Shown: piece after piece, positions 12,688-28,479 of the stretch | How the letters are laid out: each line of letters starts with the position of its first letter | How positions within the stretch are numbered: the stretch's first letter is position 1 | Origin: Lama glama | Lineage: Eukaryota | Assembly: GCA_028534125.1 (NCBI GenBank) | Contig: CM052816.1 | Coordinates: 5,582,001-5,646,000 of the forward strand | DNA length: 64,000 nt | Reading direction: 5' to 3' | Program-made: the position numbers and the translations under genes | Notes under the pieces: model-generated | What the model was told of the DNA's origin: nothing | Seen by the model: the letters and a program-made list of their open reading frames with translations, nothing else | Database searches by the model: none

Positions 12688-13098
12688 TATATAGTATTAT
12701 GTATTTTGACAAACATACAGACCTGTTTGTTATGCTGTATAATCACAGTCTATTGTGATTATACAGATATAGAATATTTCCTGTATCTGTATAGACAATC
12801 AAGATTCAAGAATATTTTCATTACCCCCACCCCCAAAATCTCCTCATGCCCCTTTGTAGTCACTCCTCTCCACCTGTTCTCAGATCTTGGCAACCACTGA
12901 ACTGTTTTCTGACCCTATGGTTTTACCTTGTGCAGAAGATCATATAAATGGAATCACATAGTATGTATGGTTTGTTGTGTATATAGGTAATATGTTCACA
13001 AGACTAGATTTTATTTTTGAAATGAAAATGAAAGAAAACTACCTTAACTTTCATTTTAAAATAGGCAGTGGTTTAAAACAATAAACAGAAAACACTAA

Positions 13099-13434
<336 letters not shown>

Positions 13435-14474
13435 TGACCTTAGGGGTAGGGTGAGAGTTACTTGAAAACTTTCTTACAAGAAGTAAAGGAGGGAGCAGGG
13501 CATGAAGAGTAACAGGCAACGTACGTAGTATTTTATGGACAAGGAATTCTTAGTTTGGTGGCCCTAGAAGAACTTCTCTGCTTTAGAAAAATATTTTTCT
13601 CATAGTTGTATCTTTTAAGCCAAAGGGAAATGTGATGTTTATGATAAATACTTATAAAACTTTAGGTGGTAAGAAACATTTTTAAAAGGATTATATAGGA
13701 AGCTCAGTATCTTTCCTATGTGAGGATAGATAGCTAGTATTTCTTAATTTTAACTTTTTATTTAAGTATAGCCAATATATAGAAGTGTTAAATCATAAGT
13801 GTTCAGTTTGAATTTTCATGACATGAACACATTGAGACTAAGAAATGACATGGTGGTATGTCAGGTGTCTCCCCTGTGCCCTCTCCCAGTTATCTGTGCC
13901 TCCCTCTCTTGCCCACTGAGATAACCACAATCCTGTCTTCTGCTATCATAGATTAATTTTGCCTGCTGAATAAATTTTGGATAAACAGAATCATACAGTA
14001 TGTATTTTGTTATAGCTAGCTTCTTTCACTCATCATGTTTGTATGATTTATCTGTGGTGTAGCTTATGTGGTATATTCCATTTTCTTTGTTGTATTCCCT
14101 TGTGTGACTAGGCACATTTATTCATTCAAGAGTTGTTGACTATTGAGGCAGTTTCCACCTTTTAGCTTTTACAATAGTGCTGCTATGAGCAATTCTTGTA
14201 TGTCTTTTGGTGAACCTCTGTACAATTTCTGTTGCATAAGTATCCATGTGTGGAGTTGCTGGGTCATAAGATACTCGTGTTGTTCAGCTATAGCAGTTGC
14301 TGATAGTTATTCAAAGTGCTTATACTGCTTTACATTCCCACAGGCAGTATATGATTGTTTCAGTTGCTCTGCATTCTTGCTAGTGGTTGGTATTGCTAGC
14401 CACTATTTTATGTTATCAAAACTCGCAGGGTCTTTTTTCAATGTTATTGTAATGAGGTTGTATGTGTTTCCTAG

Positions 14475-14675
<201 letters not shown>

Positions 14676-14977
14676 TAAATTGGGACCTCATTAGTATTTT
14701 CTTTCGAGGACTTTTCAGTGATTTTTTTTTCTTTTTAATTAAGTTTGTTTTTTGACTAGGGGGTGCACAATGAGGGCTCTGATGCTTATAAAATGCCCAG
14801 TTCTGTTTTTCCTAGTCTTTCCTTTCTGCAGGAGCCTCTTGTCAGTGCACTATAAGATGCCATGCTCTTTAGATTAATGTTTCAACCCTGTCAGATTTGA
14901 ATCACAATTCCAAGAATGAAAGGGCAGTGTGAACCATTTCAGTTTTGCTTCCCTCAGCTTTTAAAACTCACCCTTAA

Positions 14978-15211
<234 letters not shown>

Positions 15212-15779
15212 TAGTCTTTAAGCAAAGGAACACTATGCTTTGCATAGTTTCTTTTCTTTTTGTGAATGTATGTCAGATAGAGGCTTGAGACTCTGAAAAT
15301 ACTATACCAAAACAACCAAAAATAATAGCGTTTGAACTAATTACTAGAATTAGAATGAGTCAAGTGTTATTTCTCTAAATTAAAATGAAAATGGACAGTT
15401 TAATGAAGAGATCTTAATATCACATCTGCTATTTTTTTCTTCACCTTGGACTTTTCTTCTTTTTTCAGTTTCTTTGGCTTAAGCTGCCAGTTTGGATACA
15501 GTTACCTGTTAGTTGATTCAAATCTATTTCATTTTCCCCTAATTTCTAAGCCATTTTTAAGCTAATAATTTCCAGATATTTCTGGCTTATATTATTTTTG
15601 GAAGAACAAATTCTCCCTGCCTTTCTGTAGTGACCACCCTCTTGTGTTAAATTCTTAAAGAAGAGCTTGTGAGCTCATAATTTTAATTTTAGTTTGATCT
15701 ATAGCCTCTTCTCCATTTGAGAATGTTTTTCTTTTTCTCATACTCCCACAATTTTTGTTGTTATTTTACATCAATTTAG

Positions 15780-15971
<192 letters not shown>

Positions 15972-16010
15972 TAAGTTATTTTCTCTCCAATTACATTAGC
16001 CTGATTTTAC

Positions 16011-16515
16011 TTTTTTTTTAAATTGAAGTATAGTTGATTTACAATACTGTGTTTCAGGTGCACAGCAGAGTGATTCAGTTTTATATATATATGTATATTT
16101 CAGATTATTTTTCATTATAAGTTATTATAAGATAGAACATAATTCCCTGTGCTATACATAAATCCTTGATGCTTATCTATTTTATATATAGTAGTTTGTA
16201 TCTGTTAATCCTATACTCCTAATTTATCCCTCCGTCCCCTTCCCCTTGGGGACCGTAAGACCGTAAGTTTGTTTTCTATGTCTGTGAATCTGTTTTTATT
16301 TTGTGTATAGTTTCATTTGTATTAATTTTTAGATTCCATATGTAAATGATATCTTATAATATTTGTCTTTCTCTGTCTGACTTACTTCACTTAACATAGT
16401 ATTCTCTGGGTCTATCCATGTTGCTGCAAATGGTAGTATTTCATTTTTTATGGCTGAATAATATTCCATTGTGTGTGTGTATGTGTATATATGCACACCA
16501 CATCTTCTTGAACCA
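16011..16515 (-). mobile_element. L1 3' end (cetartiodactyl-type)
   Basis: Poly-T then ATTGAAGTATAGTTGATTTACAAT...CCCTGTGCTATACA, the antisense L1 3' terminus. Confidence 0.85.
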
Positions 16516-19278
16516 ATCTTCCAATTAGTATCTTGCTAAATGACATCTTATTCTATATAAAGAGTCCTTATATGAAATGGTTCTTGAATATAAGTTTTAA
16601 AGCTGTCTTGGGGTATTGAGAAGGCAATAAGCATGGTGGATAAAAGTTAGATCTGGGTTCAAAATCAGGATCTGACATTTACTGTATGACTTGGGAAAGT
16701 TCCTTAGCACTGAGCTTCCGTTTCATGACCTGTAAGTAGAAGATGCTGATTTCTTTCAGGTTATTACAAGGACTGAAGGAAGTATTATGTTTAATGTGTG
16801 GCTCATAGTAAACACTCAACAGATGGTGGCTATTATTTTCATTATTAGGATGGCATAAGTAAATGAATAAAGATATGCCTTTTAAAAGTCTCACTTAGCA
16901 GGAAACCCATAAATTTTGATTTGCTGAAGCTGCTCTGTTGTTCCTAACCAAGCCCTGGTGTGGAAATCCCCAGTTATTTATGAACTTAGCTTAACTTATT
17001 TGTACATAGTGCCATTAAGAATATTTGTTTAGTCAACATCTGGCTTTGCATAGGAATCAGAAATCCTGCTCTTTAAATACCATTCAGAGGACTCTAAGGG
17101 AGTTTCTAAATAGACGGATTTGTCTCTGTGATATTTCCCTTCCTACCTGTTTGCCAGAGATCAGGACTCTGCATTGGCACTGGATTGCATGCCACCCTTC
17201 CCAGCAGTCCTCCCCAGTGCTTTTAGTTGAGAGTGCAACACTGGCATTGGTATTTAATTGTATCTCAACAAAGCTGTTAAAAAAAGTGTTAGTAGCAAAA
17301 GGGAGAGAAAAACCACAGAACCTGATTCTGGGAATGTTGGTTATCTTCATTTTCTATCAGCATTCTTAGCTCTTGCCACTCTATCTCATATGCCTGATCC
17401 CTTCATTTTGGAAGGAGAGTTCCTGCTTGAGACGCTAGCTTCTCTCCTGAGTCCCTCTGAAGTACTAACCCTGCCTTCCTTCCATCTTTACATACTTTCA
17501 TTCTAATGCAATAACTTTTTATGCTCAGGCCTGTGGGGAGTACATGACAAGGATCTCCATTCTACCCTCCCCTGCATTTTATTTTACTTTATGTTTAAAA
17601 TATTCATCTGTTCGTTTAATTTTTTGGATTCCATGTATAAGTGATAACATACAGTATTTGTCTTTCTCTGACGTACTTCACTAAGCATAATACCCTCCAG
17701 GTCCATACGTAATGCAAATGGCAGACAGTTTTTTGATCAACCCTTAGGAGTAAAAGTTTTTTGAGCACTTAGACCTAATATGTATATAATTCAGTGTGTA
17801 TAAATTATGTACATGTATACTATAATAAAACACTATTACATTCTAAAGTATACCATAAGAAAGAATTTCTTAAAGAATGAGATAAATGTAAATAAAAGTT
17901 TCATTTTTTTCTTCCTGCACTCCATTGTATTATTTTGTGAACCCCTTGACGTGCTTGCATCCCAGTTGAATTCAGATTTATCCCTTGCTCCCAAATAATT
18001 TAGAGCTTAGCTGGGAAAACCAAATGCCAGCCTCAGAGTCAGATTTTAGACAGTAGGATATGGTTTAGGAGTTGTTTGGATGAATTGTGTAGGTCACAAT
18101 TGTGTCATTTAGTGAGGTCAGCTTTTCCCAAACCATGTTATACCTGGGATCACTAAACCATCTGAATTCCTTGCCTTGAATGCCAAAAGAGGACAAAAGG
18201 ATAGATAGAGAAGAACCAAGATAGATTTTTTTTCCTAAGGATTTTGGAGAGAAAGCAGGTGTGATGCAGTAGTAATTTACCCTGGTAACCATGAACCTCT
18301 GACTAAGAAATACTCATGTAGGTTCTAAGTGCTGGGAGATTTCTGTGTATGAGTTCTCTCTGTGTTCTCGGGCAAAGGGAGGACTGGGGCTGGGCCTCAA
18401 AGAGGAGACTGGATGGGATTTGGATGAGTAGAGAGGAAAGGAGAGCATTTCCTGTCATTTGTTTGGATGTGTTGATTGCGTTTGATCTTGACTCACCTAT
18501 TAGCTCGTATATTTCTCAAGTATAGGTATTCCCTGTTCCCCATCATTTCTCATCAAACTTATTTCAGTAGCTTCCTCACCCTGCAGCATTCTGAAATCCT
18601 TTTCCTCTTCCTTTCTTCTTATCCACTATTATTCTTACTGGATCCTGGATTATTGTCTCAGCCTCTCTTCTTGTTCCCCTTATAATCCATTCCCACTCAG
18701 GAGCCAACGTGATCTTTCTAAAATTTAAATTGGACTTATCTGCTCTGTTTAAAATCATTCAGTGGCTCCTTGTCCCCTTAATAAGAAGTTTGAATTCCTC
18801 ATCATGCTTTATAATGCCCCTTATTACCTGAATCCTACTTACTTTCCTAGCTTCATTCTACCCCTCTTCTCTTTGTTCCATTAGGACACTCCCAACCTTA
18901 TTAAACTTATTGCCGTGCTTTCTTTCACCTCTGGATCTTTGTACTTGTTTTCTCTGCCTGAGACTCTTCCCATTCTCCTGGCTAACTTGTACTCAATTTT
19001 TATGTCCCTGTTTAAATTCCACTTCCTTGGAAGCACACATGTAGTACCTGCTTAGTACTCTGCCTTCATCTATTCCCTTCTAGGGTGTAACATGAACAGC
19101 ACAGGCTATGGACGAGGGGTGGGAAGGTGAAGGTTTGACTCTTAATTTGTTATGAGATTTTTTGGAAATAAATTAACCTCTTAAAGCCCTAGTTTCTTCA
19201 TCCCTAAAATGGGATAATGACACTTCTTTTTTTACAAGCCTGTTGAAAGAACTCATCAATGTAATACGATATATGTAA

Positions 19279-19563
<285 letters not shown>

Positions 19564-20439
19564 TAGTGGATAAAGAATGTAAGATTGTAAAATCTCTAGA
19601 TGTCACCAGAATCTAGGGTATATTCTGAGTTCCACACCTCCTGTCTGCCTCTTGCTTTGGTAGCATAGTGTGCTAAATTCACACTGCACCCTGCCGCCTC
19701 CTGTCCCCCAACACATCTGCCATCCTCACCTGTTTTCATTTGGAATGCTTTGCTTATCTGAAAGCTTAAATTAGACCACAGCGTTGGTCAGTTAAAGTTG
19801 GCGGTGCTCACCAGCCGTCATGATACCAATGGACCTGTTCTCTATTGAGGTCTCACTGTTCTCAGGGCTCTGAGGGATGTGTCTCCTGTCTTTAAATAAC
19901 TGGAGGTTGCCATTTTCTTGAACCCAGTGACTCAGATAATGACTGTTTAGCTTATGGAAAGGAGAGACTCCATGGCTTAGGCTTGGGTCTTCGGTGGTGA
20001 TGCCTGAGCTGTCTTCACACATCTGGAACATGGAGGGATTTCAGTCAAAACTCAGAGTGGGTTGGGAGAGACTGTTTCCAGAGCATTTCCCACATAGCAT
20101 GTATGCCAGTGCCAGTTCACGGCACACTATTCTTTGGGTCTTAGGCTGCTTGCTGCTTCTGCAGCCTCCTCCTAATCTTGAGAAACATCTGAGGATCAGT
20201 TAGCAGCAAGCACACATCGCTTCCTGGCCAGGAAGAGCAGATAGCTCTTGTATAGTCGTCACAGTCACCTCCTCAGTACCTCAGGGTAAAAGTACGATGC
20301 TTGAGGGATGTTACTCTGCTCTCCCATGCCCATTCTCCAAGGAAGCCTCTCAGAGCTGTGCCTCAGCAGCTTGTCTTCCTCATCTCATCTGTAGCTCTTT
20401 AACTACAGCACTTTCTACCTTGTATTGTAGGTTTTTTTT

Positions 20440-22050
20440 GGGAAATAATATCAAACTTAGAGAAAAGTTGCAAAAACAGTACAAATAGCGTTCATATATC
20501 TTTTATACAGATGTACCTATTGTTAACATTTTACTTCATTTGCATCATTATTTGTGCTTGCCCATTTGTTCTCTCTTTGCCTCTTCCTATCCTTTCTGTC
20601 CCCACTTCCCCTCATACAAAAACACAAACACACACAAATTATTACTATTATGGAGACTGTTTTTGAGAATAAATTGTAAACATTGTATCTGTTTACGCTT
20701 TAATATTTCAATATGTATCTCCTAAGAATACAGATATTCCCTTTGATAACTGCAGTAGTTATCAACTGCAGTAAATTTAACATTGATACCATACTTTTAT
20801 TTAATCTGTTGTCCACATTCCAGTTTTGTCAATTGACCTGATAATGTCCTTCGTATCAGACTTTTTCCTTTAATATTGGAGCCAATACATGATCATGAAT
20901 TGTATTTAGTTGTCATGTACTTTTAATATGTTTTAATCTGGAATAGTTCGTAAACTTTTCTTTCTCTTTTATGATACTGATGTTTTTGAGAAATACAAAC
21001 CTCTTTCCTCTTTATAAAAATAGAGTACTCCTCATTTGAGGGTTGTCTGATTAAAGTCAGATTATGCATTCTCAACCAAAAGATCTCATAAGTAATGTAT
21101 CCTGCACAGCATTTCACATCTAGAGGCACCTGGTGTCTGTCTGCCCCTTATTGGTGATGTGTTATCTGATTTCTCACTGTATAGTTAACATTTTCTTTCT
21201 GTGTTACTAATGAGCTTTCTGTGGGGAGACATTTTAAGACTATACAGATATCCTGCTCCTCATCATAATTTAGCATCCTAGATTTAGCAACTATTCATGA
21301 TTCTTGCTGCACCAGTCTTTACCGTGATGGCTGCAAAATGATGATTTATTTCAACTCCAGTATGTGCTCCACATTTACCAGTTGGCTCTCGGCATTCTAG
21401 TTGTAATTAAGAGCTCTCCCTTCTCCACTTATTTCTGTCTGTTTGTTATTAATATGATCTCGTGGATTTCTATTTATTCCCCTTTGATTTGTAATTCATT
21501 ACTGTCCTTAATTATTTTGACATTCAAATTGTCCTTCAAGTTGACTCTTATGTGACATGCCCCTCTTAGTTTTTGAGTATTTCTTTACTTTCTGGCTTAA
21601 CAAGATCTTTTACTGTCCATACTCCACCCCTGGAATCAACCATTTCTTCAAGGAGCCACGGTTCCCTTTTGTTATTATAGGCCAAAGCCTAGATGCTAGG
21701 TGTGCTCATTGCTTCTGGGGTGTCGTTGCTTCTAGGCTCTGTTGACAGAGCTAGGAGATATATTCAGTACACACATATACACCTATATGTATATACATTT
21801 AACTATGTGTGTGTATACATATATGCTCACATACATATTTTAGAGTTCATGAGTTCACACTGATGACTCCAACTTTAGTCCATCCCTACAAGATTCTTCC
21901 TTGCCTTTCTTCATTTATATATTTGCATCTGTCTTCCACAGTAAAGACCCTGTCTCCTGGCAACGTTAGCACATTTCCTAATTTCCTCAGTCCTGTGATG
22001 CATCTGAAGTGGTTTCATTGCTTTGCCCATACTACTATAAAGGCTACCTA
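20440..22050 (-). mobile_element. Old L1MC-type 3' UTR, antisense
   Basis: GAAATAATATCAAACTTAGAGAAAAGTTGCAAAAACAGTACAAA start typical of antisense L1MC; degenerate. Confidence 0.6.
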
Positions 22051-24449
22051 CACAAAAAGTTTATGATTTGTTTGCTGTCTCCTCATGTTAATTTAATTTA
22101 ATTTTTGAATATGCAGAGTATTAACATGTTTTCAAAAGTCTGAACTATACAAAAACATACTCAGAGGAGTGTCGCTCCCTTTCATTTCCCATCCACTCCA
22201 TTCTCTCCTCTGCTCTTAGGTATCAAATGTTCTTGTTTTCTGGAGTGGCCATCCTGTGTTTCTTTTTTAGATAAGCAGATATATTTTAAAGATAAGCAGA
22301 TATATTATCTTACCTCGTTAAAGTTAACTGTATGTATTCTTTAGCACTCTACTTTATTGACTTAATCTTGTGCCAATGTATTTTCATAAAATTATCATAG
22401 GTTGCATCTTTTGTTTGTTTTTAAATGTGTTTATCTTACCTCCCATCCTAAATCTTAAATTTCTTCAAGACTGGATTTGTGCTTTATCAGATCTTAAAGT
22501 CTCAGCTTTGCTATCTCTTACTGTCTGTGTGGTTTTCAGCAAGTTGCTTAACCTCTCTGTGCCTCCGGTTTCTCTGTGAGGTAGGGATAATGTAGGATAT
22601 CTGTGAGGATGTAGTGTGTTAATACACAGAGAGTTCTTAAAAGTGCCTTGCTCAAAGTAAATACTCACCATTTGTGGTGCTGAAGAAGCTACTAGCTCAG
22701 TGTGTTATACATGTAGATATTCAAAAATAAATATACAATAAACCTTTATTTTGCTAGGTGCTAGGGAAACAGTAATGAAAGAGACATAGTTTCTGTGCTC
22801 AAAGAGATCATAAGAATAAATAAATAATTTTTTTCATTAATCCCTTATTTGTCTGGTAGTCCTAGTCATTCTCTGAAAGCAGCCTTCATGTTGGGTATTG
22901 AGTCTACATTTTGGGTATTGAGACTTAAGGTATAGGATGGTTAAGGATTAAGGCCTGGCTGTTAACAGTGATTTATATGGCAGTCTGTCTGCAGGGGAAA
23001 AAGCAGGGGCGGGAAGTCTGAGAACACAGTTCTGACTCTTATTCCAATGCTCACATGTGATGTGGGCAAATCCCATTCCTTCTCCAGGCCTCGTTTTTCC
23101 CAGCTGGAAAAAAATAAGTCATTGGAGAAACTAAGCTCAAAGGTGCCTTTTAATTCCTAAGTCTCTAGATCTCATCAGTGAAAAGTTCCAGACTGAATTC
23201 AGGGTGTGGGAAGTGGATAGCATTGATATTTCTTGAAAGGGATGATAAATTGCATTGAGTTGGCACAATAGATCATAATGATTGCACTTAATGTATTTAT
23301 TACTAGAGAGGTTATTTTGAGTATGTATTATGCATACGAAAATATCTCCAAGTATGTTAAATTTACATTATCAGTTTTCTTTTTGTTTTATGTGGCCTTA
23401 TCTCTCTCCATTTTTCTTTCATTTTTCAGTCTCAGACAAATCAGTGTCTTCTTTTTCCCTCTCATTTTATCTCTTCGAAGCAATTGTAGAGAACCTCACT
23501 TACGTTTAGGCTGTTAGTCATCTGTTACAATTCTTGATAGCCTCATTTCTCACTATTCTCTTCTCTAAAAATCCCACCACTCCAACCTCATCTTTTACCA
23601 TGTTTCTCCTGTATTGGCTTTTATTGTATTCCTTGAATATACCAACCTGATTTCCCTCTGCTTACAGCTCTCACTGTCCAAATATTTTACATGGCCGACA
23701 CCTCTTAAATTTCAGATTTCATCTCAAATATTACTCCTCAGAGACTCTTCCTGCCCCCCCAAACCAAGTCGGCTTCCTACTCACCCAGTCTGCCCTCTCC
23801 ATTGCTCCATTTTATTTTCTTCATGCATTTATTTGTTTGCTTATTAATTGTCTTTCTGTACTAGAATAAAGAAGAAAATCAGGGTCATAGTTTCTATTAG
23901 TCACCATTGTATTCCCAGCACCTAGGATAGTGTATAATGCATATTTGCAACAAATGAATGAATTAATAAATGTGTATATACCCTATGCTGTTGTCTTACT
24001 AGTTATCTCACAGTTTTCTCAGCACATTTTGTGTTTCCTTGCTTCCAGTCCTTTATATAGTTAATCTTTTTTTAGTTTTTTGAATTTGAGAGGCTAATGC
24101 ATAAGTAGTAAGAAGGTTATGGGTCAGAGCCAGATTATTCCTGAGGGACTTTGTGGGAGGCCCTATGTTACAGGGGGGAGAACCTTGAAATAAATGTCTG
24201 GGTACATAGATTCTGCTCTAGTTCATTCATGTTGTAACCTTGGGTATAGCCCCACTTAACTGATCCCTAAAAGCTCAGCCCCAATGCTATATCTGTAATA
24301 AAACCCGTGATTCTCTCAGTTCTCAGCTGGAATGACTGTCAGGGTCTTCTCTGGATTCCTATTGCCTGGTTACAGCTCTGAACACGTTCTGTCTGTATAA
24401 AGTTATTCAAGTGGATGCCTTCATTTAATAACTGAATATTTCCTTAGAA

Positions 24450-24990
24450 ACCAAGATTCTCTCAGTTGCTAATGACAGAAACTCAAGTCAGACTGGCTTA
24501 AGAAAATAATGCATATTTTATTAGCTCAAGAAACTTAAGAAACTAAGGGGCAAGACTAGCTTCAGTCATAGCTGTCCACCCAGAAACTTGCCCCTTCTCC
24601 GTCTCTTGACTGTTTACTTTGCTTTGACTTCATACTTATGGAAGCTTTTCTACATGGCTGTAAGGTGACTACTAGCAGCATCAGGATGACTTTTTCCAAC
24701 TGAGTAACTCCAAAAGGAAGAGGATGTCCCTTTCCCAGTAATTTTATGAGATATCCTGAGGCTGATGCCCATTGACCTGGCTTGGGTCACTTTTCCATCC
24801 ATGAACTAATCACTATATGGACAAAGGGATTAATATTCTTAGCAGCTAAACCTGAATCATTTGCCACTCCTTGGAGCAAGGTGATAGAAGTAACCCCACC
24901 CAAACCACATGAACAGAGAAAAGTCTAGAAGTTACTGCCAAAAGAAAGAAGATACAGATGCTGGCTACGTTAAAAACAGATGTCTCCCTA
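24450..24990. mobile_element. MaLR LTR (MLT1-like)
   Basis: GTTGCTAATGACAGAAACTCAAGTCAGACTGGCTTAAG motif; a related copy lies at ~7770-8200. Confidence 0.5.
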
Positions 24991-26701
24991 CACTGTGGAG
25001 AACATCTGGGTGCACTAATCCAAATAAGACACTACCACTGTCCTATAACAATATAGTTTATTTAGGAGACAGACACATAGTTAATTTCAATGTATTTTGG
25101 TAAGTACTAAGTTTAAAGGATACTTAGGGGACTGTGGACATACAGAGATGGCTTGTTGAGGTGCCCAGTCTCCTGGAATGCCTTTGAAAGTTACTTGGAG
25201 GAGACAGTGCTGAGGTGGAAGATTGAAAGAAAATTAAGAGTTGCTTTGATATAGGGGAAAAAAATGGGAAAAACATTCTGGACTAAGGGAGTAACATGAA
25301 CAAAGAACAGGTACGTTGCAGGTCATTATTGTCAGATCATAAAGTGAAAACTGGTAAGAGGTGAAGCTGGAGAAGTAGGTAGAGTCTAGGTCTACCAAGA
25401 CTGGGCACTTTTAAGATCATGTGAAAGAGCATGATCTGGTTGATGGGGAGCCATTGAAGAGAAGAGGAATGATCATCTACGGGCTTAGATAGATCACTGG
25501 TAGCATTATGAAGATGGATTTAAGATGAGCCATGTCAGAAGCAGGGAGACCAGTCAGAGCGCTGTTGCTATAAAATAGAGCTGAACTCCAGTGGTGGTAA
25601 TAGAGAGGAAGGGGAAAGGCAGATTGGAGAAATATGTGGAGTAAAATCAGACCGTCTTGGTGACTGGAAAGGAAGAGTCTAGGATGGCTCATGTATTTTG
25701 TCTTGGATGACCGCTATATGGTAGCTCTTCTAAAACTCAAGGGAATAAATGGGGATGAAAAACTTAGGAGTAGGAAGAGAAAGACAATGAATTCAAATTT
25801 TGTACATGTTATATGTGAGATAGATGCCTGTAGAATATCCTGATACATATGTCCAGCAGGGCGTTGGAATATGTTGTTTTCAGGAGAAGTTAGTTCTGGA
25901 AATAGGGATTCGGGAGTCAGCAGCAGGTAGGGAATAGTTAAAGTTACTGAAATAGGATTGGTGGAGAGGAGAGGGAGTAGGTTGAGATAAGTAGAGAGCC
26001 CAGCCTAGAACTCCAGGTAATACTGATGTTTAAGGGACTGATAGAGGAGATCAGTACATACAACAGACTAAGGGGGAATGCTTCTAAGGGTAGGGGAGAA
26101 TCAGAAAACAGTGATGTTACAAAAATCAAAACTGGAAACAACCCAAAGGTCCATCATCAGGAGAATGGATAAATTGTGGCATACACAGCAGTAAATAAGA
26201 ATGAACATGGATAAATCTAACAATGTGTTGTGCTAAGAAGCCAGACACAGATTAGAATGTATTTATGATTCCATGCATACTAAGAACAGGTAAAATTAAT
26301 TTATAGCAATACAGGCAGGGCAAGAGAGATTTGATTTGAGCATTACTGACTAGGAAGGGGTATGGAATAACTTCTAGAGTGATGGGAATGTTCTGTTATC
26401 TTGCTCTGGGTCAAGTTACGTAGGCACATACACATGTAGCTTGTTATGCTCTAAAGCTATGTGTACTTCATTGTATGTAAGTTATACCTCATCTTTTAAA
26501 AAGCCAAAGGATTAGAGAATTCAAGAAGGAGTGAGTGGACACAAGTGTTAAGTGTTGTAGAGAGATCTAGTAAGTTAAGTACTAAAAAAGTAGATGGTAT
26601 GTTCAGGTGAGAACAAGAGCACTGACTTCCATGATGCTCAGATGTTCCGGATAGGTGCACAGTAATCTTGGGGAGCTGAACTGAATTGCTGATGGACAAT
26701 A

Positions 26702-27021
26702 CAGTCATCCCTCAGTATCCTTGGAGGTATCCTGGTTCCTTGAGTATCCTCCAATATAAAATGGTGTGGCATTTGCATAAAACCTTTGCACATCCTCTGG
26801 TATACTTTAAATCATCTCTAGATTACTTATAGTACCTATTGCAATGTAAATGCTATCTAAATAGTTATAAATACATTGTAAATGCTATTTAAGTTGCCAG
26901 CACTTGGAAAATTCAAGTTTTGCTTTTTGGAACTTTCTGGAATTGTTTTTTCTCAAATATTTTCAATCCATGGTTGGTTGAATTTGAACATGTGGAACCC
27001 GTGGTTATGGAAGGCTGACTA
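26702..27021 (+). mobile_element. MER2-family (MER2B-like) DNA transposon abutting the exon 10 acceptor
   Basis: TA|CAGTCATCCCTCAGTATCC ... GGTTATGGAAGGCTGACTA|TA inverted termini; homologous to 9854-10343. Confidence 0.85.
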
Positions 27022-27040
27022 TAATCTTTTTCTTATTTAG

Positions 27041-27271
<231 letters not shown>

Positions 27272-27580
27272 TAATTTCTGCCTTGTGATCCAAGTTTGTA
27301 ACATCTAAGTTCCACACTATAGGATGCAAGGAGTGAAGAACAAGAGACAAAGGGTGCATGTATGTGGTGTCTGAGAGTTTCTCAGAAGCTGCTGCATGAC
27401 ACTTTTTAATCAAATCTTTTGGCTTAAACTTAAGTCACATGATCACACCTGACTTCAGGGGAGCCTTTGTTTTTATAGCTGTGAACCCAGTTGTAAACTT
27501 CTATCACTGCTATGGAAGAAGAGGAGGTTTATTGCAGGGCAGCTATTAGTCTGTTGCTTTCAAGATGATGAATCCTGTAG

Positions 27581-27808
<228 letters not shown>

Positions 27809-28260
27809 TAAGTGTAATGAGTATCTTTCTAAATGATACAGTGTTGCAGAAAGACTTTTATTGGCTTCTTTCCAAAGTTTTAGAAACTTTCCTCTCAACA
27901 AAATGCTGGTCACATTACACCATCATGTCTTAGAGGTTTGTTCATTTTGGGTTTTAGTTAATAAACTTCTAAGGTGTTGTTTCTTTTCTTTGAGCCATAA
28001 ATCTACATTATAAATCTGCCCTTTTTTATTATCTGACTCATACTCTGAAAATGAGTTTTTCTTAGATTATTGGTCTTAATAGGAATAGAATTTTACAGAA
28101 ATAAAAATAGTTCTAAGAACTTTAGTTCTTATTTACAGTTATTACTTATTAAGTGCTAATTATATGCCAGGCGCCATGCTAAGGGATTTACATACATCAT
28201 TTCTAATCCTTACAACAACCCTCAGGATAAGTGGTCAGGTCAGCTTTAAAAGTGAGGAAA

Positions 28261-28479
28261 TGCACTAAGTATAGTAATCTCTCAGTCCATCCATGTTGCT
28301 ACTGTATAGCACAGAGAACTATATTCAATAGCTTATAATAATTGATAATTAAAAAGAATATATATAAATATGTAAAACTGAATCACTATGCAATGTACCA
28401 GAAACTAACACAACATTGTAAATCAACTATACTTCAATATAAATAAATAAATGAATGAGTGAATGAATGATTGAATGAA
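28261..28479 (+). mobile_element. Short 5'-inverted L1 insertion inside a MIR (~28130-28560)
   Basis: Antisense L1 piece 28263-28300 fused to a sense L1 3' end 28301-28450. TSD TGAGGAAA at 28253-28260 and 28480-28487. Confidence 0.75.
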
